DNA from: Antedon mediterranea
Lineage: Eukaryota > Animalia > Echinodermata
Reading direction: 5' to 3'
DNA: 64,000 nucleotides
NCBI RefSeq assembly: GCF_964355755.1
Contig: NC_092674.1
Location: 25,978,001 to 26,042,000 of the forward strand
The position numbers and the translations under genes were made by a program. The notes beneath the pieces were generated by a model, which saw nothing but the letters and a program-made list of their open reading frames with translations, searched no databases and was not told where the DNA came from. The stretch's first letter is position 1; every line of letters starts with the position of its first letter. Positions 59,601 to 64,000 of the stretch are shown piece by piece.

Positions 59601-62535
59601 TTTGCTGCCAGCCCATGGGTTTTTGGTTGAAATTAACCGTTTGTTTTGTCATTTTATAAGTGAAAACAATTTCTTTTTCTATGGAAGTGATTAATTTTAT
59701 TAAAACTACAAAATAACCTATTCAAAGTCTGATTTAATTAATTTTCATTTTTCATGCTTTTGGGGGACAATACATCTTTAAGCTCTGTATACACTATCAA
59801 ACAAGTTGATATGCCAAAATATTCTAGTGATAAGCCAAAATATGGTAGTGATATGCCCAAATATGGTAGTACTATGCCAAAATATGGTAGTGATATGACA
59901 TGATCATGTCCATATATGGGCACATTACATCTTTTTGTCACATAAAGTTTGATAGTGTAGACAGATATTTTCAGATCTATGGGATTAGGCTTTCGTATCA
60001 TAAAACAAGGCCACATTCATTATAATAGCATGGTGTTCAGAGGTGTCATAGATCAGTGTGAACGTCTGGTACAATATGAAAGCATCTCTACATTAGGTCT
60101 GAACAGGACCTTACTTTACTTGGGCTGTTTGCCCAGATTGATGTTAGTATAAATATATAAATTCAGGATTTCGAAAAGCGAGATGAATAAATAAGTTATA
60201 CTACTTCAAAAATAAGCCCAACAAATAAGGTTATTATTATACCTATGACAAATAGTTCCCTTTTCACTAATTGCCATAAAAAAACAAATACATAAAGACT
60301 TTCTATTTGACATAACAAAACAATAATTGAAAGAAATCACTGATTTCCTGGCAAACAATTCCTTGTTTTGAACTTTTAACATTAAACCTGGCTCTGCTAT
60401 TGTCTAGTAACACTCCACCTGTTGCAAAAGAGAACTATACTAAAATATAAAGTACATTGCATACAGAGGGGTCAAGTAAAATAAAGCTTTGCCATTATAT
60501 GTTAATCCTCCACCTGTTGAACAAAATATAACTTGTGTTATAATACAGAAAAGCTAGCTACAAAATTAGGTGTAACCAAAGCAACAGGGCTTTGCTATAA
60601 GCTGCTATTACGCCACCTGTTATTGAAAAACTAAAGACGGTAAAAAAAACGATGCAAAGATACAGATAAATTAAATGATATTAATATAAAAATAATTTAG
60701 TTAGAACCCACAAACATATAAATTTATAATAAATAAATAAAAGAATAAATTTATGGTTCTTAAAATAATAACATATTAAAATGATACAAACCATCACACT
60801 TTCGAACTTTTTCTAATGAAGCTCGTCGCCGTAAAACAACTTTTCCCGATTCGTTTTCATATTCTGACCTATTTAGTTGCGTTTCACTACCAGATTTTGC
60901 ACGTGGCAAGGATACGAGTGAATTCTCTGATGACGCAGGAGATACCGACGTAGGACGCCTTGGTGTGTTGGCTGGAGAGTTTTGCGTTGCCTTTCGTAAA
61001 CCTGAATAAAATTATGAAATACAAACAACTTGAAAATAATGTTGAAAATTACAGTAAAATTATAGCGGTCAATGTTTCACTAAAGTTGGAATTGGTCAAT
61101 AAAGACTACGTCATTTTAGAAAAGAAAGAATGTAACATAGGATATTGGTTAAAACCATAATGTATATGTCGGAAATGAAACAGCAGTTTTTAGTGCCAAA
61201 AAAGGGTGTGGTTAAGGCGTGGCTGAAATGAGGTAAGGGTGTGGTTAGCCTGTTTATTTGAGCTATTTATAAGTGTGGTTTATACTTGTCAACCATACCA
61301 GTAACTCGAAATCTTAATTTCTTTGACATACTGTATTAAGGTGAAAATTTAAGTTGTAACAACTAGAGTTGTAAAAACCATACTACTCCACTCATTAAGC
61401 CTCAGTTTATCCAGGGAAGAGTGGTTTATCCATTCTGTAATTGGTGATTTGGTGTATGCATCGAAAATGAACTTTAACCTTGACAACTTACTATCTTCTT
61501 GCATTTTGGCCAATATTTGTACGTCTGTTACATCTTCTAACTTAGCCAGACCATCCTCACTTCTCCTCCTTTCTTCCATCCTACGATCTTCACTTCGTCT
61601 TCTTGGCGTGGTGTTTGCTGACGTACTAGGAGGGGACAAGGGGGGAGAGTTTCCCGTTGATGACTGTTCAGAATTTGCCGAATTACCTGTCAAAACAGTA
61701 TTAGTTTTCAAACAAATATGAATTCTTTCAGTGTAAAAACTATGTTTAAACAATAATCAAATGCAATTTTAACAAAAAGAAAAAGCACACAGTGGCATAT
61801 TCTGGATATGGGGGGGGGGGGTTTCAGGTGCAAAAGATTGTGAAATGTGTGAACTTAAACCTAATTTTCTAAATTTAGTCCTGGGCCGCTCTCCCATCCC
61901 TTGGACCCACCATATGGTCATTGTTGTGTTGGAACCTTAAATAAACAAAAGGCATACATACAATTGTCTAAATCTAATCCATTTGAATTTCTTCTTAAAG
62001 CGGACGGCCTACCGAAACTGTTCCTTTTAGCTGTAAAAAAGAAAAATACATATCAATGATAATTAACAAAGAGTTGTCCGACGGTCAACGCCTCAAATGA
62101 GACTCGAGCTCTGTCTACACTATCAAATTTTATGACAAAAAATGTGATGTGTGATGCACATCACACTTTTTTTGTCAAACTAATTTGATAGTTTAGACAG
62201 AGCTTTAGTGTCATTTCTTTTTTTAGCAGTTGTACAGTATACTAACATCCCATGATAATTGATCTTCAGGCAAATCAAATACTTTTTGTTAATTAATTAA
62301 TTATCTTAATTATTTGCATTTTGCCAAGTACTATATTTCAATTATTTTTGTGTGCTTTGTTTACTGATGAAAGCAGATTTACGTACCTCTAGAGACTTCA
62401 TCTAACTTTGCTTGTAAGGATTTCTTAGCCGATTCCATTTCTCTACTTGGATTATCGAAATCTTTGCGAACCCATTTTTCAGGACTTAGTAGTCGCTGTT
62501 CAGGTGTCGGTACCTTTACAGGAGACATATATAAC
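47655..62535 (-). CDS. SLAIN: SLAIN motif-containing protein (SLAIN1/2-like microtubule +TIP), 3' portion; 5' exons not identified
   Basis: Exons 62387-62535 (LYMSP..SPEKW..PSREMESAKKSLQAKLD), 61962-62030, 61492-61686 (EDVTDVQILAKMQEDS), 60792-61001, 52191-52295, 50633-50734, 48406-48736 (GSMPNL, SxIP motifs SGIP and STIP) and 47655-47721 (ESWKDGCF*). All are GT-AG and phase-compatible. The motifs match vertebrate SLAIN hallmarks (DVQILARMQEESLR, SMPNL, C-terminal W(K/R)DGCY). Confidence 0.9.
47804..48202 (-). mobile_element. Kolobok-like family A, inverted partial copy in the last SLAIN intron
   Basis: Reverse complement of about 27925-28320. Confidence 0.8.
49695..49879. mobile_element. 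Harbinger-like MITE (AGGCCAACTC family); partial copy at ~21194-21295
   Basis: TIR AGGCCAACTC(G/A)GA(T/C)AGCGT / ACGCTGTCTGAGTTGGTCT. Confidence 0.65.
50386..50536. mobile_element. Tc1/mariner-like MITE (CAGTRGAAC..CTATTAAGGGGACAC family), representative copy
   Basis: TA|CAGTGGAAC ... GTTCTACTG|TA. Decayed relatives at ~14696-14838, 18170-18381, 19260-19535, 21615-21690, 23640-23782, 27310-27370, 47075-47147, 49160-49235. Confidence 0.7.
50991..51156. mobile_element. Harbinger-like MITE (AGGCCAATTT family)
   Basis: TAA|AGGCCAATTTACACAGA ... TCTGTGAAAATTGGCCT|TTA. Confidence 0.6.
52901..53070. repeat. DIRS 3' inverted terminal repeat (170 bp)
   Basis: Exact reverse complement of 58042-58211. 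Confidence 0.95.
53106..53203. repeat. DIRS internal complementary region (ICR)
   Basis: 53106-53160 is the reverse complement of 52862-52916; 53160-53203 is the reverse complement of 58185-58228. Confidence 0.95.
53267..56134 (-). CDS. DIRS tyrosine recombinase ORF; YR domain in the last ~342 aa (ATG 54295), long N-terminal extension overlapping pol
   Basis: C-terminal lambda-integrase-family residues R (KRRGELHAL), HxxR (HQVR), W and Y (WRSQSTFTSHY), CPVRAL, preceded by a SAM-like core-binding region. Confidence 0.92.
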   Translation of the reverse strand: MGDPDHRQMGSLHRDTRVSYRILEPSGERRCPAHEDSVRAGKESSAHDGPRSTAPERSCGACSKRTTYDPGTRIHRFPRPEKIGRLATHPKPQKSEQAVHPAPQVQDGDCLIYPVGAKTRGLGSHNRLERRVLSRAYCARTPELAALPHSRSGIPIRSSAVRPLNGPTSVYSSSENPGGVLSSTRHQSFHVLRRLVDRGPVQGPAAEQLIFCPPRDGTSRVHNKRGEVMSSPFSEPSVSRSPNKFGYGPCVPIHRACGQGKNCSAASYQCSGSDGVRLATHLGVTGQLRRPRSVLPVKDAASTSAPSGSIPPKIGLSTQSGSNECVHYLASRMVARGRQVTCGHTYTKVNSGCPCGNGRIRGRLGRSHTVSGHSRLRPLVARGDARPHQPARTLGSRALVGGSSSPSGESPCSRQFRQHNRRGIHKQARGYTVPHAMLPHVDVANVVYKTQHPTVSGPHCGSSEHSGGRTVPSTSTSYGMASPSNNRHPNLQPLWAAPCRSVCDVRQHAAPDVLQSISGCTCVGGGCPVHTMGQPLGICLSTDFNTATGPDAHSAPSMPSPTNSAVLAQAAVVSTASRPSVRSAVTSSDSERLADAGPSSVCSTEPHIPRPDCMAIVRDRFRDSGIPDGPAALAAKSRRESTLAVYNSRLKHFFEWCKRQKTDPMKVTLGQVCAFLHYLFESGLQVRTVSGYRSALAAVIPNFKDGSTISSSPAISSLLRGMFRERPPTKALIPRWDVNVVLAALMRPPFEPLSRASLYNLTLKTAFLIALASCKRRGELHALSLEPGHIRFERGGARLVFRKDFLAKSQTLNFSPPTVFIPTIAAYSGVEEDRLWCPVRALKFYIKRTESIRVSASHLFISTVAPFRPAARSTLANWVVAAIRAGYDSTNTPPPAHMHQVRGIAASWALFAGVPLPDILQAAWWRSQSTFTSHYLSDTSANQSTVAASILKPRH
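54184..56166 (-). CDS. DIRS pol: reverse transcriptase - RNase H - Dam-like methyltransferase domain
   Basis: VGGRL start motif, WRPILNL, IDLKDAYFHVPI, LPFGLSTAPRVFT, YLDD; RNase H TDAS..HINLLEL..SDN..ADALSR; MT DLFA...YAFPP. The frame is open from 56217 with no AUG near its start. Confidence 0.95.
   Translation of the reverse strand: MGGRLKRFSRVWETLTTDRWVLSTVTHGYRIEFSSPPVSGGARHTRIPSEPEKSQALMTGLEALLQKGAVVHVQKEQLTIPGHESTVFLAQKKSGDWRPILNLKSLNKRYIRPRRFRMETVSSILLGLRRGDWAATIDLKDAYFHVPIAQEHQSWLRFRIHDQVYQFVALPFGLSTAPRVFTRLVRTLAAFFHQHGIRVFMYLDDWLIVAQSRDQLLSSLSFVRLVTEQAGFIINEEKSCLLPSQNPLYLGAQINLVTGRACPSIERVAKARTAVLHLINAQAPTAYDWLRTLGSLASFVALVPFCRLRMRPLHLHLLAAYRPRSDSLHKVVPTNAFIISHLEWWLVEDRLLVGTPIQRSIPDVRVETDASEVGWGGHIPSPDIRVSGLWSPEETRAHINLLELWAVERSLEALLPHLANRHVLVNSDNTTVVAYINRQGGTRSPTLCCHTWTLLMWCIRHNIQLSAAHIAGRLNIVADALSRPLLRPTEWRLLPIIATQIFNHFGRPHVDLFATSGNTQLPTFCSRYRDAHAWAVDALSIPWDNLWAYAFPPISILPLVLTHIQRHQCRVLLIAPYWPRQPWFPLLLGLLYDQPLRLPIRNDLLTQGRARFALPNLISLDLTVWPLSGIVSETQAFQMVRPPSRRNPDGNPLLLSTIAD
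56207..57736 (-). CDS. DIRS ORF1 (gag-like), 509 aa
   Basis: First ORF of the element. N-terminal Cys/His finger CxxC-x9-DRHxxCxxC..C..CxxC typical of DIRS gag; basic, Pro-rich C-terminus. Confidence 0.9.
   Translation of the reverse strand: MPKQECVKCRGPRSTVKWDRHLECIHCRTCTELSPCDVCVRWTPSKFKSLPKPKERTEAVPPPEVGTADTAGPPAVAPEVSLPDMPAPAAASAVPGVNEISPGLLQAIVAAVRALPRDEPEVPSQIRPPPHIPYIDVGPQQTSFFDGSSVRQRDYDSDRTMASLSDDDRDSLREQAGPGEEGLQALVMRTVPAVLSFLGVDFTYREPKHTPSSKRFSTFGVRTPFKKVSSCPVTPLDPELVERVELIAKESKIRRPMPYSLSSAFPVPQKQFELYIAAPSVPEAAKERVREDQNLDPSRTNFLKPSESRTEDVLTSVDRAARETLRAASMAGYLLSFLADPEHPPQGDSDVIALLQQIMGLVVDQQATISLSAAAARRVNVLGATDIAPTDFRRFTTSDSFGAQDLFFGSFSQKEDKWAREREARRETRARFPQKRRASNSRSRTAARPPPVPAAPQQMQPPPPPPAQPMQSQASTSRQASHPPRGMRNRGGKGATNRSGRRYYNVKRR
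58042..58211. repeat. DIRS 5' inverted terminal repeat (170 bp)
   Basis: Exact reverse complement of 52901-53070. Confidence 0.95.
58576..58748. mobile_element. Hairpin MITE with perfect 23-bp inner arms
   Basis: Outer GGTTTATCGCAAAT / ATTTGCAATAAACC; inner arms 58628-58650 and 58695-58717 are exact reverse complements. Confidence 0.65.
59440..59777. mobile_element. Kolobok-like MITE, family B
   Basis: TTAA|AGATGTATTGTC ... GACAATACATCT|TTAA. Other copies at 4356-4664 (inverted) and 30541-~30812 (truncated); a related end at ~36498-36514. Confidence 0.8.
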
Positions 62536-63028
62536 CTACAAAATTTGAAAAAAAAAATATTAGGTAATATCATTTCTCTGAAATCTCACTCTCTTATTTC
62601 ATAAGGTAATTAGATTTTTTTTTTCCAAATTATATGAAAAATACTGATTTAAACATTTTAACTACAGTACAGTACAATACTGCTCAATAAATTGTACATT
62701 TTGACCTTTACATGTACATACATAAATACATAAACAAGTAAATAATTGTTTGTATCATCTATGTTAGTTGCAATGTATAGATAATTTATGTTGATACATA
62801 CAGTACTGTACAATCACTAATTGTTAAATACTATATTACAACAGAGAATATCATATTACATTGATCTAGGTGTTCACTGCCTTTAAGGCAACCATATTGT
62901 GTCACTCTTTGAATAACGCAAGTTTATCGTTTAAAGTGACAATCTAGTACAATGTCATCTATGAAAATATGACAAACTCTGAAACCACTTAGTCCTATGA
63001 CAGAGGTCTTTAATATCATGAATTTTAA

Positions 63029-63214
63029 AGCTCTGACTACACTATCAAACTTAGTTTGACAAAAAAAGTATGATTTTCCCAAATATGGTAGTGATATGCT
63101 TAAATATGGTAGTGATATGCTTAAATATGGTAGTTACAGATGACATCATCATGTCCATATATGGGCACATCACATTTTTTTTGTTACATAAAGTTTTATA
63201 GTGTAGACAGAGCT
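63029..63214. mobile_element. Harbinger-like MITE copy (AGCTCTGTCTACACT family)
   Basis: TAA|AGCTCTG ... CAGAGCT|TAA with extra internal units. Confidence 0.8.
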
Positions 63215-64000
63215 TAAAACAAACTGAACACCCAATAATACATCTTATAAAATAGTACAACTACAATCATCCAACCATTGAATGAAATGTGGGCAGGAAG
63301 GTATGTGATAGAATATGGCCTACTGTACCAGTATGGTGGCCTCAAAATACCTAAACAAAAACTATAAAATGAACGTACAAATTATCTTATACCTTTTTAT
63401 ATATACCTAGTATTGTATTTAAATTTAACTTACTATATAAGTAGTATAAATAGTATAGTGTAGTATTAGTAATGCATACATAAACAACCTGACCTATATT
63501 TAACCAATTGACACGGTACAATCCCTTTAATAATGTCAGCTATTGACAATTTGCGACAAGACAACATTAATTAAAAGGATGACTGAATGCTAAAGATTCT
63601 CAGTTATCTCATCATTCTGCTCCTGTGTTAATACACACTTAATAAAATATGCTTTTTTACTACTTTTCAGAATTTTAAGATTATTTGAATCTTTTTGATT
63701 AAGGACACTTTGGCATCAGTGTTGTTAGTTATAATTATCAAAATCAAAACTATTTTGTTTTACCTGGGCCACAGAAATGGGAGCTAATATAAAAAATAGT
63801 ATAGTAGCTTTTGCTAGGCCATCAACTCCATATGTGGCTCATCAACAGTAGCCATGATCAGCTGATGCTAGAGCATTTTGAATGTCCTATCATTCATGCA
63901 CTACGGGTACAGTATCTTCAGATCCATGGAGTTATGCTTTCGTATCGCAAGCAATGTCATATCATAATTAGCGTCGTAACAGCAAAGTGTTCAGATTTGC

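Noticed and set aside
63760-64000. Donor CAG|GTAAAA at ~63763 as the next upstream SLAIN coding exon
   Set aside because: The required frame has a TAG just upstream and does not supply the expected Trp codon; at most a non-coding alternative exon.

Overview
AT-rich, intron-rich animal genomic DNA, probably a marine invertebrate. Deu/Nin-domain SINEs and the intron pattern suggest an echinoderm-like deuterostome (inference only). All genes lie on the minus strand. (1) A complete TAF1 (TFIID subunit 1) gene, which I spliced by hand into 33 phase-consistent coding exons, 38243->9762, about 1906 aa, with one GC-AG intron. (2) The 3' part of a SLAIN-motif microtubule plus-end protein gene, 62535->47655, ending WKDGCF*; its 5' end is not identified. 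(3) Between them, a candidate two-exon 55-aa single-pass membrane microprotein gene that the ORF track does not show. A young, intact DIRS1-type tyrosine-recombinase retrotransposon (52862-58228) sits in a SLAIN intron, with identical 170-bp ITRs, an ICR, and gag, RT-RNaseH-methyltransferase and YR ORFs. Its gag stop (UGA-CGG plus a GC stem-loop) looks like a recoding site. The rest is dense with non-autonomous DNA transposons (Harbinger-, Kolobok-, Tc1/mariner-, hAT-, Mutator- and P-like), tRNA-derived SINEs, LINE fragments and minisatellites. There are also TA-GGCC-TA insertion scars confined to intergenic DNA. All coordinates and counts were read by eye; no database searches were run.
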